From Nitrospirales bacterium (GTDB taxonomy: Bacteria; Nitrospirota; Nitrospiria; Nitrospirales; UBA8639): a stretch of 64,000 bases of DNA. Within the stretch, counting starts at the first letter, position 1. The number at the start of each line of letters is the position of its first letter. Location: NCBI GenBank assembly GCA_965223295.1, contig CBDCWC010000003.1, positions 1,216,001 to 1,280,000 on the forward strand, in the 5' to 3' direction. The position numbers were made by a program, and so were the translations under genes. The notes below the pieces were generated by a model, which ran no database searches, had not been told where the DNA came from, and saw nothing but the letters and a program-made list of their open reading frames with translations. Shown here in pieces: positions 30,389 through 40,386 of this stretch.

Positions 30389-32009
30389 TGTTTTTGAATA
30401 TCCTCAAACAATCGGTGGGAAAGGTCAGATGGGAGTGATTGGTGGAGATGTGCCCATGGCAATGAAGATTTCTAGAGTGACTCAGCCTCAGACTATTAAC
30501 GACTTAATTTTAGATGCGGCAGACGAAGGAATTTTTGGCCTTGATTTAGAAGGCAAACATACTTTTGTGAATCCGGCTGCCGCACGCATTCTTGGGTTTG
30601 ACGCAAACGAGTTACTGGGTCAACCCAGCCATGCCCTCTGGCATCATACTAAAGACAATGGGGATCCCTATCCGGCTGAAGAATGTCCTATTTACGGCGC
30701 GTATAAAGATGGAAAGATTCATCATGGAGATAATGAAGTGTTTTGGCGAAAAGACGGGACATCATTTCCCGCTCAATACTCAAGTCGCCCAATCTTTGAC
30801 GAGGGGAATAGACTCATTGGAGCGGTCGTCACGTTCAGAGATATTTCGGTACGTCGTGAGGCGGAATGGACGATTGCAGAACTTCGACGCCAAAATGACT
30901 ATGTGCTGAATTCGGCGGGAGAAGGCATTTTTGGGTTAGACCTGGAAGGCCGTCATACATTTGTGAATCCCTCTGCGGCAAAATTGTTAGGGTATGAAAT
31001 TTCTGAACTGCTTGGTCAACCCAGCCATTCTCTGTGGCACCATACCAAAGGCAATGGGAAGCCCTACCCCAAGGAAGAATGTCCAATCTATGGAGCATAT
31101 AAGGATGGGCTGGTTCATGTTGGAGAGGATGAACTGTTCTGGCGTAAAGATGGCTCAAGTTTTATTGCGCAATATTGCAGTACGCCTATGCGAAACAGTG
31201 ATGGAGAGCTGATTGGTGCCGTGGTGACCTTTCAGGATATGACGGAACGAAAACGCCTTGCTGCTCAATTGCTGGAAGCGGCCAAAATAGCGGAAGTGAC
31301 GAGAGTGCTGGGCAATGTGGGTCACGACATTAAAAATATGTTGATGCCCGTGTTGACGGGAACGAGTCTGCTGGAAGATGAGTTAAAAGATCTTTTCACA
31401 TGTCTTACTAAATCAGGCATGACCGACGGCAAGAAAATTGAAGAGACCTGTGCGGAGCTGACCCAAATGATCAAGCAGAATGGACAACGTATTCAAGATC
31501 GGGTCAGGGAAATTGCCGATGCCGTAAAAGGTGTCATCAGTGAACCGCATTTCGTGACATGTCAGGTTTCACCAATTGTTGAAGGGGTCATGAAATCACT
31601 GCAAGTTTCAGCCAAAGAAAAAGGCGTGACATTGCTCTCCAAAGACTTGGAATATCTTCCATCTCTTGAAGCCGATGGGAAACGCCTCTTTACCGCTCTC
31701 TTTAATCTCATTGGCAATGCCATTCCAGAAGTCCCCAAAGGAGGCTCGGTGACGGTGACGGGTTCTGCCAATGGAACAAAGGACATGCTTGAACTGATTG
31801 TCGCGGATACTGGAAACGGTATGCCTCCGGAAGTACGAGAGCGGCTCTTCACCAAAAATGCCATTAGCACCAAAGCGGGAGGAACTGGACTCGGAACGAA
31901 AATTGTGAAAGATGCCATTGATGCACACAACGGAACTATTCGGGTAGAGAGCACTCAAGGAGTCGGGACATCGTTTTATCTCCGCCTTCCTATTCATCAG
32001 AATTCTTAG
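30375..32009 (+). CDS. Cytoplasmic PAS-PAS histidine kinase (true start probably downstream)
   Basis: Two near-identical PAS domains (EGIFGLDLEG.HTFVNP...ECPIYGAYKDG), GHDIKN, NLIGNA, DTGNGM, GTGLG. Confidence 0.92.
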   Translation: MDGGPVFEYPQTIGGKGQMGVIGGDVPMAMKISRVTQPQTINDLILDAADEGIFGLDLEGKHTFVNPAAARILGFDANELLGQPSHALWHHTKDNGDPYPAEECPIYGAYKDGKIHHGDNEVFWRKDGTSFPAQYSSRPIFDEGNRLIGAVVTFRDISVRREAEWTIAELRRQNDYVLNSAGEGIFGLDLEGRHTFVNPSAAKLLGYEISELLGQPSHSLWHHTKGNGKPYPKEECPIYGAYKDGLVHVGEDELFWRKDGSSFIAQYCSTPMRNSDGELIGAVVTFQDMTERKRLAAQLLEAAKIAEVTRVLGNVGHDIKNMLMPVLTGTSLLEDELKDLFTCLTKSGMTDGKKIEETCAELTQMIKQNGQRIQDRVREIADAVKGVISEPHFVTCQVSPIVEGVMKSLQVSAKEKGVTLLSKDLEYLPSLEADGKRLFTALFNLIGNAIPEVPKGGSVTVTGSANGTKDMLELIVADTGNGMPPEVRERLFTKNAISTKAGGTGLGTKIVKDAIDAHNGTIRVESTQGVGTSFYLRLPIHQNS

Positions 32010-32219
32010 ATCAAAGCTCAATCCCTCAATTCACAACTCATCGGCACGGATTCAGCAGGCCTAATGCTCAAGTTCAGAGTATTTGGCTAACAGCGGGACT
32101 TCTCGAAAAGGCGTATTTTATTAAGTAGATACACCCAATCTCAATGAATTTAGGAAAGGCATGTGGTAGAATTTTTTTGTAAGAGTTATTGGGCATGTAG
32201 TCATTAACAGGAGAATCCT

Positions 32220-32624
32220 ATGACAGGGCTATCTCTTCTGGCATTATCAACTTGGCTTGTCTTTTCTTCCGTCCAAATATCTAACTCGGCCCTCCACTCG
32301 TTGCCTGTAGAACCGAATGAAGAGACCCGCATTGACGAAATCTATGACCAGGAATCCCGGCTCTTTCTGTCTTTGTATTCTTTAAAGGGAAATGGAGAGA
32401 TTGATTATGTCACGGGTCGAACAGTTGAAGGCCACATCCGAAGTACCTATGGCAATCCCGTATATTATCTGCCGGAACATCCTATATTCTATTGGTGGAA
32501 TCACACCATGTTTAACGATCCTCAACTTGATGGGGTGAATGGCAACGAGTTAGTTTACAAGGAAGAAACAGATTTCGATGTCAGCCGCTACAAACCCTGC
32601 CTCTTCAACGGTCAACCCTGTTGA
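32220..32624 (+). CDS. Hypothetical exported protein
   Basis: Signal-like N-terminus, terminal Cys pair, AGGAG RBS. Confidence 0.65.
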   Translation: MTGLSLLALSTWLVFSSVQISNSALHSLPVEPNEETRIDEIYDQESRLFLSLYSLKGNGEIDYVTGRTVEGHIRSTYGNPVYYLPEHPIFYWWNHTMFNDPQLDGVNGNELVYKEETDFDVSRYKPCLFNGQPC

Positions 32625-32676
32625 TTGTGTTGTAAGTCAGTCGAACCGATCGCAATTTCCCCAAGTTTTATATCTT

Positions 32677-32866
32677 GGGAGTGTTGAATAATGACGATAT
32701 CAAGAGTCATATTTTGCCAAGAAGCTGAGGGCGATCAAAAGGTTCGCGGCGGTTCAAAAAGGCTTTCCAGCAAGGCCGCAGCCATTTTTGCGCGCGGAGC
32801 GTACTGCCAGTAGGTGAGCACGGAAAAATGGCGAGAACGCTGCTGGCAGCTTTTTTCAACAGCCCC
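32677..32866 (+). mobile_element. MITE family A copy 5 (190 bp)
   Basis: Ends GGGAGTGTTGAA / TTCAACAGCCCC; exact 5-bp TSD ATCTT. Confidence 0.9.
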
Positions 32867-32894
32867 ATCTTCGAAAGGTTTTTGGGTGAGATTC

Positions 32895-32930
32895 GGGTAG
32901 GCCGATGAGAAACTTCTCATCGGCCTACCC
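32895..32930. terminator. Perfect hairpin between convergent genes
   Basis: GGGTAGGCCGATGAGAA-AC-TTCTCATCGGCCTACCC. Confidence 0.6.
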
Positions 32931-32961
32931 ATTAGGTTAGCCCAATTCGGAAGAATCGTGG

Positions 32962-34554
32962 TTATTCTAGATCGGATGGGTCGTTGAACAAAACAGGCAA
33001 CGCGATGTTGCCATGCCCGTTTTGAGGAAAATCTGGTGCGTTGCGGTTCCCCGGATTCAGATTCGATGCCGTATCGTCCGGGGGAAAGAGTACCAGAGTT
33101 TGAAGAAATTCTATAACTTGTCGCTGTCTGCTATCTGACAACCGTGCAAAAGCGTTGCGGGAAGCCTGGGCTTCTCCTCCATGTCGCAGGATCACGTTCT
33201 TGAGGTTAATGCTACGTCCATCGTGGCCATAAGGTGCGGAGGTCCCTACTCCCCATAATGGTTCGGTCATAAATTCCTTTGTCAGTGTGCCGTCAAAATT
33301 TCGCTCCCAAAAATTAGGCCCTAAATCATGCCGTTTGAAGTCCGCAAAAATATTCTTGACCACGAAAGCCTGTCCTTGTGGTGTTTTCAGAGGAGGGTTA
33401 CCACTGTTTGGCACAGTATCCGCAAGTGCTGTGGCCGTTGCGAAAAGCCTATTAAAGATTCCTTTATTGGCATTGAATCGGGTTTCGACATCAGCGACAC
33501 GACGGTCATGATCGATAGTAAGATTTCGCTTATGACAGCTGGTACATTGAATTTTTCTCATAATATCTAAGCCAGCTCTTGCACGATCGGATATCTGATA
33601 TCGACCAGGCTTGAAGTAGTTCAATAGATAAAATTCCATGTGATCCACGATGCTGACAGGAATTTCGTTAGCGACGCGGTCTAAATCAGGATCATCACTT
33701 ACGCTGGTTGCCGGAGGAGCTTCAATGTCGTCGATCGATCCATCTAACACCATCCCCGAAGGTGTCACGACGCGTTCTTCAGCTACGGCACGGGCTAAAT
33801 CTGGATCAAAGGCTTCGAGTCCCATTTCGGCGTTAAATGCTCCAACGACAAATTCACGAATAGAAATTGTGCTGCCCTCATGAAAAAAGGGACGAACACG
33901 TAAGTCTGCATTAACACCCTGGACTTGAGAAGTGTCGACTGATCCATCAGGAAGCGCCTTAATTCTGCCATAGGCAATCCCCTTGCTTCTTAAGTTTCTT
34001 CTGACATTCTTCCCCGTAGCTGCGGCTTCTTGTATGGCCGCGTCTCGAATGCTACGCAGCTCTTGAGTAATCTCATCGCCCAGCATCTCAACTAACCCTA
34101 AGCCAAACAAATGTGGGGCATCACGACTATCGGGACGTGTGAACACATCCCCTCCAAAACCGGCTGATCCCCGAGGTCTTCCATGACAGGCTGCACAACT
34201 ATCGGCCAGCCCGGCGCCATGTGAACCATCGGCTTCGATATTACCGACACCGTCATTGGTTCGTGGGCCTTGTCCTTGCGCGACGGTAAACTTGCGTTGA
34301 AAAATATTACGGCCCCGACGAATGGAACGAAACGGATCACGGTTAATAATATACAGCGAGGAGCCAGGGGTTGAAATATCACCCCGCCCCGCTCCAATTT
34401 GGTCAGCATAAGATTTCTTAATCCCTGCATTTGCAGAATTAGGTGTTTGCGTGACATCTGTTTCTTGCGAAAACCCTGCGCTGGGGCATATAAGACATCC
34501 GGCGACGAATAAGAATGTGCAGGCCAAAGGCCTAGACAAAGTTGATAGAACCAT
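32962..34554 (-). CDS. Di-heme oxidoreductase (DHOR / thiol oxidoreductase-like) family protein
   Basis: Signal peptide, CAACH and CTSCH, PHLFGLG, DFKRHDLG, T.PLWGVG..APYGHDGR, HGGEA. Confidence 0.85.
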   Translation of the reverse strand: MVLSTLSRPLACTFLFVAGCLICPSAGFSQETDVTQTPNSANAGIKKSYADQIGAGRGDISTPGSSLYIINRDPFRSIRRGRNIFQRKFTVAQGQGPRTNDGVGNIEADGSHGAGLADSCAACHGRPRGSAGFGGDVFTRPDSRDAPHLFGLGLVEMLGDEITQELRSIRDAAIQEAAATGKNVRRNLRSKGIAYGRIKALPDGSVDTSQVQGVNADLRVRPFFHEGSTISIREFVVGAFNAEMGLEAFDPDLARAVAEERVVTPSGMVLDGSIDDIEAPPATSVSDDPDLDRVANEIPVSIVDHMEFYLLNYFKPGRYQISDRARAGLDIMRKIQCTSCHKRNLTIDHDRRVADVETRFNANKGIFNRLFATATALADTVPNSGNPPLKTPQGQAFVVKNIFADFKRHDLGPNFWERNFDGTLTKEFMTEPLWGVGTSAPYGHDGRSINLKNVILRHGGEAQASRNAFARLSDSRQRQVIEFLQTLVLFPPDDTASNLNPGNRNAPDFPQNGHGNIALPVLFNDPSDLE

Positions 34555-34735
34555 GAAATGCCTCCCTTCTATATGAACGAACGAAAAAATAAGATGGAAT
34601 GAAAATCGGAGGGGGTATCCCGTCTTGCTTGTCTTCGACAAAAAATAAAGGAGTTACCTCAAGGAAGAAATTTCAGCTTTTAGGGGGAGGGAACTTTTTC
34701 GAAGCGGAAACTATAGCCACCATGTGTAGTCAAAA

Positions 34736-34759
34736 CCATACCCCAAATTGAGGGTATGG
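34736..34759. promoter_or_regulatory. Palindromic operator candidate upstream of the DHOR gene
   Basis: CCATACCC-N8-GGGTATGG. Confidence 0.4.
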
Positions 34760-34937
34760 CCTATAAAGTGTTCCTTTAAATGTTAAGGATAATGTTCATG
34801 TTGTTAACTTTATGTGTTAATTAAAGAAATATATTACTATTAATACACTTTTTTCTAACTTTAATTGTTAAATAAGATAACCCGTTGTTAGATGTATTTT
34901 TTTTCAATCAAATATAAAAAAATCTCGTGATACCATT

Positions 34938-34953
34938 TGGTTCAAACTTTGCT
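34938..34953 (+). promoter_or_regulatory. Sigma54 promoter 3
   Basis: TGGTTCAAACTTTGCT, GG-N10-GC; several TGTTAA half sites at 34781-34870. Confidence 0.65.
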
Positions 34954-35142
34954 TTCCCGTTTCATTGCGAAGTTGTGAGCTAGAGTTCTCAGTTTCTTTA
35001 TGCAAGAACCATCTCTTTTTTTGAAAAGAAAGTTTCCACATGAAGCAGGAGACAATTGTTATGGAGATTGTCGAGTTCTACTGTTGATGTTTATTCAGAA
35101 GATTGTTTCATTTGCATTCCAGACAAAAAGAAACTACCCAGC

Positions 35143-36798
35143 ATGTCTATAAAAATTGTAATTGTAGGTGGAGTGGCTGGAGGAGCCAGTGCTGCAGCGA
35201 AGGCCCGCCGAACGAACGAAACGGCGGACATTACCATTTTTGAAAAAGGCCCTTATGTGTCCTTTGCCAACTGCGGGCTTCCCTACTATGTTGGAGAAAC
35301 AATCCAAGATCGGGATGACCTGTTGCTGCAAACTCCAGAGCGATTTTGGAAACGATTTCGAGTTCAAGCCCACGTCTTACACGAGGTCCTAAAAATTGAC
35401 CGGGTGACAAAGCAGGTCACTGTAAAAGATGTCCTTTCACAAGAAGTGACATCCTACCCCTATGACAAATTAATTCTGGCTCCAGGAGCTGGAGCAATTG
35501 TGCCAAAGATTCCTGGCATTCATGCCAAGAATATTTTTTCCGTCAAAACTGTTCCTGACTCCGATAGGATTAAATCGTTTCTTCAGCAACATCCATCTCA
35601 TAAGGCACTTGTCATTGGTGGTGGCTTTATCGGACTGGAAACGGCCGAAGCTTTGGCGAATCGAGGGCTAGCGGTGACCATCGTCGAGAAAGCGCCACAC
35701 ATTCTCCCCCCTTTTGATTCAGACATGGCAAGGCTCGTTGCCCATCACATAGAAGAGAAGGGTATTAGAATCATCACAGGCGACGGGATTGCAGGATTTC
35801 ATCAAGGTGCGGAGTTTGCCCAAGAAGCTGAATTGGAAAGTGGAAGACGCTTACCTATGGATTTAGCCATCCTTTCAATAGGCGTTCGTCCAGAACTAAA
35901 ACTTGCACGGGAGGCCGGCCTGGAGATTGGTGCGTCGGGAGGAATTGCCGTCAATGCGCGACAGCAAACATCTGATCCTGATATTTATGCGGCAGGGGAT
36001 GCTGTTGAAACCACTCATTTGATTACAGGGAGGCAAACACGCATTCCCTTAGCCGGACCAGCGAATAAACAAGGAAGAGTCGCGGGCGCGAACGCTGCGG
36101 GAGGAGATTTGCAATTTGATGGTGCACTAGGCACCGCTATCGTTGAAACAATGGGTATCACCGCTGCCAAAACAGGTTTGACTGGTCAGGAAGCCGAAAC
36201 CCATGGATTACAGTATTTCGTTTCGGTGACCCATCCACTGGATCACGCTGGATACTATCCTGGTGCAGAGGCCCTCCACATGAAATTGGTGGTGGAAGAG
36301 CAAACCGGAAAACTGTTGGGTGCCCAAATTGTTGGTGAACAGGGAGTGGACAAACGGATTGATGTATTGGCCACGGCGTTACATGCCAAGATGAGAGTCC
36401 AGGATTTGGAACAACTGGATTTGGCCTATGCCCCACAATTTAATTCTGCCAAGGGACCAGTCATCATGGCAGGGTTTGTGGCAGCCAATACGTTACGAGG
36501 GGAAGTGAAGACCATCACCGGGGAAGAATTGAATAAGAGACTCAAAGTAAACGCAGCTCTTCAATTATTAGATGTCCGAACTTCAGGCGAATATCAACAA
36601 ACCCACCTACCTCAAGCCCGCCTGGTTCCCGTGGATGACCTCAGAGACCATCTCCTCGATCTAGATCCCGCCCAAGAAACTGTCGTCTATTGCCGCGTCG
36701 GACTACGTGGCTATCTTGCCGCTCGCATTCTCCTCCAACATGGGTTTACGAACGTCTCGAATCTCACCGGTGGAATCCTCAGTTATTCACCCACCTAG
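35143..36798 (+). CDS. CoA-disulfide/persulfide reductase with C-terminal rhodanese (CoADR-RHD/Npsr-like)
   Basis: GGVAGG, SFANCGLPY, GGGFIG, YAPQF, rhodanese CRVGLR. Confidence 0.93.
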   Translation: MSIKIVIVGGVAGGASAAAKARRTNETADITIFEKGPYVSFANCGLPYYVGETIQDRDDLLLQTPERFWKRFRVQAHVLHEVLKIDRVTKQVTVKDVLSQEVTSYPYDKLILAPGAGAIVPKIPGIHAKNIFSVKTVPDSDRIKSFLQQHPSHKALVIGGGFIGLETAEALANRGLAVTIVEKAPHILPPFDSDMARLVAHHIEEKGIRIITGDGIAGFHQGAEFAQEAELESGRRLPMDLAILSIGVRPELKLAREAGLEIGASGGIAVNARQQTSDPDIYAAGDAVETTHLITGRQTRIPLAGPANKQGRVAGANAAGGDLQFDGALGTAIVETMGITAAKTGLTGQEAETHGLQYFVSVTHPLDHAGYYPGAEALHMKLVVEEQTGKLLGAQIVGEQGVDKRIDVLATALHAKMRVQDLEQLDLAYAPQFNSAKGPVIMAGFVAANTLRGEVKTITGEELNKRLKVNAALQLLDVRTSGEYQQTHLPQARLVPVDDLRDHLLDLDPAQETVVYCRVGLRGYLAARILLQHGFTNVSNLTGGILSYSPT

Positions 36799-36870
36799 AA
36801 GTTTCAATTGTTTGTTTGACTGATTCAACTCCAAAGAATCCATTTAAGGGTTTGGGGAAATCAGTTAGGC

Positions 36871-36900
36871 TAACCGTTAAGCTATGCTTAACGGTTAACG
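36871..36900. promoter_or_regulatory. Candidate bEBP UAS 4
   Basis: Inverted repeat TAACCGTTAAGC-TAT-GCTTAACGGTTA overlapping CTTAAC-G-GTTAAC. Confidence 0.65.
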
Positions 36901-37007
36901 TTTCCGCTTTAACAATTCTCTTGTGGTACGGACCTGTGTCTTTGGCTCTTATTCTACAACTCGTTGTTTTTGTAAAGAAAAGCGACTCTCGTTCAGAGAT
37001 TTTTTCA

Positions 37008-37023
37008 TGGCATTGCGCTTGCG
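37008..37023 (+). promoter_or_regulatory. Sigma54 promoter 4
   Basis: TGGCATTGCGCTTGCG, GG-N10-GC. Confidence 0.8.
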
Positions 37024-37072
37024 TATACGTATGGTGTGATTAAGGTTAATTATCAATAGGGAGGAAAGGGCC

Positions 37073-37279
37073 ATGTGTAAAAATGTTGGTAGCACAGAAA
37101 AAGGCATTCGCTTGATTTTGGGAGGTTTGTTGGTAATCGCGGCCATGTTTCTCCAGTTACCGACATGGGGAACGGCTATATTAGGTGTGGTTGGAGCGAT
37201 CTCTGTACTAACGGGAACAGTGGGATACTGTCCAGTTTGGAGCATATTTGGCATTAACACCTGTGGCGTCGAAGAGTGA
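37073..37279 (+). CDS. DUF2892 (YgaP-like TM domain) small membrane protein
   Basis: KNVG..EK.IR, two TM helices, GYCPVW..FGINTC. Confidence 0.88.
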   Translation: MCKNVGSTEKGIRLILGGLLVIAAMFLQLPTWGTAILGVVGAISVLTGTVGYCPVWSIFGINTCGVEE

Positions 37280-37518
37280 GGGCAATCTGACAGTGCCGAT
37301 CAAAAAACCAAACATATAATGTAATTGCGATATATGATGTGATACAGCTTTTACTCGTATTCAGGTATTTTTACCCTCTACCCGCATACCATACACAAGG
37401 CCCCTCACAGCTTTGTCTCCTTGGGTGGAAGGCATCCACAATATGCTTTCAGAAATTTCATTGGTGTTACAACAAAGATAGGTTTTTCATATATAGGGTT
37501 ATGAATGGAGGATTCACA

Positions 37519-38949
37519 ATGAAGAGAGTATTCCGATTATTCATGTGTTCTCACGAAAGGGCTGGAGGTCTGCTTCTGGCTTTTTGCCTTTTCTTTTTCC
37601 CTGGCTTCTCTCAGGTCTTTGCTGCTGATGCTCAAGAAGCTGAGTCATTGGTAAACAATACTTGCTCGACGTGCCATAAATTTGAAGGGAAGGAGGAGAG
37701 CCGGTTCAACTTAAAAGCCCCGGATTTGATGTGGGGTGGGAGCAAGTATCAGCGGGATTGGCTTATTCGTTGGCTTACCGGGAAAGAGCCATTGTTGTAC
37801 GTGAAAAATTATCGCTGGGATCTCAAACAGGACCCGGATCCCCATATGACCGTGACGGAGGCACAAGCTAATTCCATTGCCGATTATTTCGAAAAAAATC
37901 TCATCGACTCTCGAGTCACTGTTGGTGCATTTGATCTCTCCAAGGTGACAAAACGCGATGCCGAAGTTGGAGCGGTTATTTATAAGGCCCATGCCTGCAT
38001 CGGCTGCCACACCATTGAAGAAAATGGGCAACTCGTCGGTGGACCACAAAGCGCCAATTTAGCGGATTCCGGAAATCGATATGACAAGGACTGGTTGTTC
38101 CGATTTGGGATCAACCCCCAAGATTTCACTCCACATAGCGGAGAATTTTTGGCTGATGCCACAGAACCGCAACTAAGAAGTGTGATTGGATATCTCATGA
38201 CGCTGGGTGTTAAAGATTTTCAATACTACGAACCCTGGACCAGTCCTGAGTTTGCCAATGCCAGTGTGGCGAGAGGCACCGTCATCTATAAAGAATATTG
38301 CTCACAATGTCATGGCGCGGAGGGGAAAGGCGATGGTCCGGCGGCATCGGGTTTGAGTCCCAAGCCTGCCGTTCACGCCAACATTCCTTTCGAAAAGCTA
38401 CCAATGGAGTACCTCTATAATGTCATTAACCACGGTGGACCAAGCGTGGGCAAGTCAGCCAATATGCCCTATTGGGGACTGACCATTGGACAACAAGGCG
38501 TGGCAGATGTGATTGCTTATCTTAAAGCAACATTCAAAGGCGGTACTGAAGTGGCAAAGGCCACTGGAGGAACTGGCCCTTCAGGTGTCTGCCCGCAACC
38601 ACGAAAGACTAAACGTGCGCCTGGGAAATTCCGCAACATGGAAAACCCTCTTCCACAGAATGCTGAGAACATCAAGGCCGGAGAAACCTTATATCAACAA
38701 ACTGCAAAACCGCTAGCTTGCATGAACTGTCATGGCGCACACGGAGACGGGGAAGGACCGATGGGGGCTGCGTTGGATCCTCGTCCACGAAATTTCACCT
38801 GTGCGGAAACCATGAAAGATATTTCTGATGGTCAAATGTTCTGGATCATCAAAAACGGATCAGTTGGAACTGGGATGATGGCTTTTTCAGGAATGCCAGA
38901 CAATCAAATTTGGCAATTGGTTCAGTATATCCGAACCTTAGCCAGATGA
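37519..38949 (+). CDS. Tetraheme multi-domain cytochrome c
   Basis: CSTCH, CIGCH, CSQCH, CMNCH; signal peptide; GGAGG RBS. Confidence 0.9.
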   Translation: MKRVFRLFMCSHERAGGLLLAFCLFFFPGFSQVFAADAQEAESLVNNTCSTCHKFEGKEESRFNLKAPDLMWGGSKYQRDWLIRWLTGKEPLLYVKNYRWDLKQDPDPHMTVTEAQANSIADYFEKNLIDSRVTVGAFDLSKVTKRDAEVGAVIYKAHACIGCHTIEENGQLVGGPQSANLADSGNRYDKDWLFRFGINPQDFTPHSGEFLADATEPQLRSVIGYLMTLGVKDFQYYEPWTSPEFANASVARGTVIYKEYCSQCHGAEGKGDGPAASGLSPKPAVHANIPFEKLPMEYLYNVINHGGPSVGKSANMPYWGLTIGQQGVADVIAYLKATFKGGTEVAKATGGTGPSGVCPQPRKTKRAPGKFRNMENPLPQNAENIKAGETLYQQTAKPLACMNCHGAHGDGEGPMGAALDPRPRNFTCAETMKDISDGQMFWIIKNGSVGTGMMAFSGMPDNQIWQLVQYIRTLAR

Positions 38950-38998
38950 GGGTTCCTTTTTCATGGCAATGTCACTATTGGTGGAAGGTTTCAGAGTT

Positions 38999-39036
38999 CC
39001 TTCTCCCTTGAGGGAGAAGGTTAGGATGAGGGTGAA
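38999..39036. repeat. REP-like palindrome
   Basis: CCTTCTCCC-TTGA-GGGAGAAGG-TTAGGATGAGGG. Confidence 0.55.
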
Positions 39037-39156
39037 GACTTCAGCAGCTAGTGAAAATAGAATAGTGACTTAGTTACTTGATAAGCTTCTACCCTCACTC
39101 AGGGTCTGAGTCGAAAGTGAAAATACTATTACTATATTACTAAGCTTAAGGAACCC

Positions 39157-40386
39157 ATGGCTTCAAATGGATTGACTCGGCGGCGGTTTCTTCAAGCGTT
39201 GCTCATTGCAGGTGGGCTCACAGCATCGGGGAAATCGCTGGTTCGGGCTGTACCAACTCCTAGCATCACCTTGCCGTTTGAGAGAGGAAAGCGACCTCTG
39301 GTGGCTTTCCCTGAAAAACGGCCGTTGATGGTTATGACCACACGACCGCCGCAACTCGAAACACCATTTTCTCTTTTCAATGAAGGTATTTTTACTCCCA
39401 ATGACGCGTTCTTTGTCCGCTGGCATTTGGCCAATATCCCTACCACGATTGACTCGAAAACATTTCGTGTAACGATAAGAGGACGAGTCAAGAAACCTGT
39501 ATCTTTTAGCCTTAAGGATTTACAAGAAAAATTTGAGCCGATAGAAATTGCAGCAGTTTGCCAATGTGCAGGAAATAGCCGAGGGTTTTCTGACCCTCAG
39601 GTTGCTGGAGGACAATGGGGCCATGGAGCTATGGGGAATGCTCTGTGGAGGGGAGTGCGGTTGCGCGACTTATTGGAACAAGCCCAATTAGAAAATGATG
39701 CCAAACATATTCGGTTCGACGGCATGGATCGTCCAGTGGCCAATGCCACACCGGATTTTCTGAAGTCACTGCCCCTTGATGCTGCGACTGCAGACCAGGT
39801 GTTGGTGGCTTATTCTATGAATGGCGAGCCTCTTCCAATGCTCAATGGTTTTCCTCTGAGGTTGGTCGTGCCTGGATGGTATGCCAGCTATTGGGTCAAG
39901 ATGGTGAATGATATCGAAGTGCTCAATGACGAAGATCGAAATTTCTGGATGAACCCAGCCTATCGAATCCCCGACAATGCCTGCGGTTGTGTAGAGCCCG
40001 GCGAAAAAGCTGTAGCAACTACTCCACTTTCCACTATGAAGGTACGATCCTTTATTACAAATGTAGTCAGTGGGGAAAATATATCCAGTGGGTCTGGTGT
40101 GCCGATTAAAGGCATTGCGTTTGATCAAGGGTATGGAATCGATCGAGTATTATTTTCTTCAGATGGGGGGCGACATTGGAAAGCCGCGAGATTGGGAAAA
40201 GATTTTGGAGATTTCTCTTTTCGTCAGTGGGAAACTCAGGTGTTTTTGAAGCCTGGGCAGTCCTATCAATTGCAGTCGTTAGCGATCAATCGCATAGGAG
40301 AATCTCAACAGCTTCATCCCAAATGGAATCCCAGTGGTTATTTGCGTAATGCGGTGGAAACAGTTCATGTTTCAACCCAAGACTAA
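39157..40386 (+). CDS. sorA: Sulfite dehydrogenase molybdopterin subunit (SorA-like)
   Basis: Tat motif TRRRFL, FFVRWH, CQCAGNSR, MNGEPLP..NGFPLRLVVPGWY. Confidence 0.9.
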   Translation: MASNGLTRRRFLQALLIAGGLTASGKSLVRAVPTPSITLPFERGKRPLVAFPEKRPLMVMTTRPPQLETPFSLFNEGIFTPNDAFFVRWHLANIPTTIDSKTFRVTIRGRVKKPVSFSLKDLQEKFEPIEIAAVCQCAGNSRGFSDPQVAGGQWGHGAMGNALWRGVRLRDLLEQAQLENDAKHIRFDGMDRPVANATPDFLKSLPLDAATADQVLVAYSMNGEPLPMLNGFPLRLVVPGWYASYWVKMVNDIEVLNDEDRNFWMNPAYRIPDNACGCVEPGEKAVATTPLSTMKVRSFITNVVSGENISSGSGVPIKGIAFDQGYGIDRVLFSSDGGRHWKAARLGKDFGDFSFRQWETQVFLKPGQSYQLQSLAINRIGESQQLHPKWNPSGYLRNAVETVHVSTQD

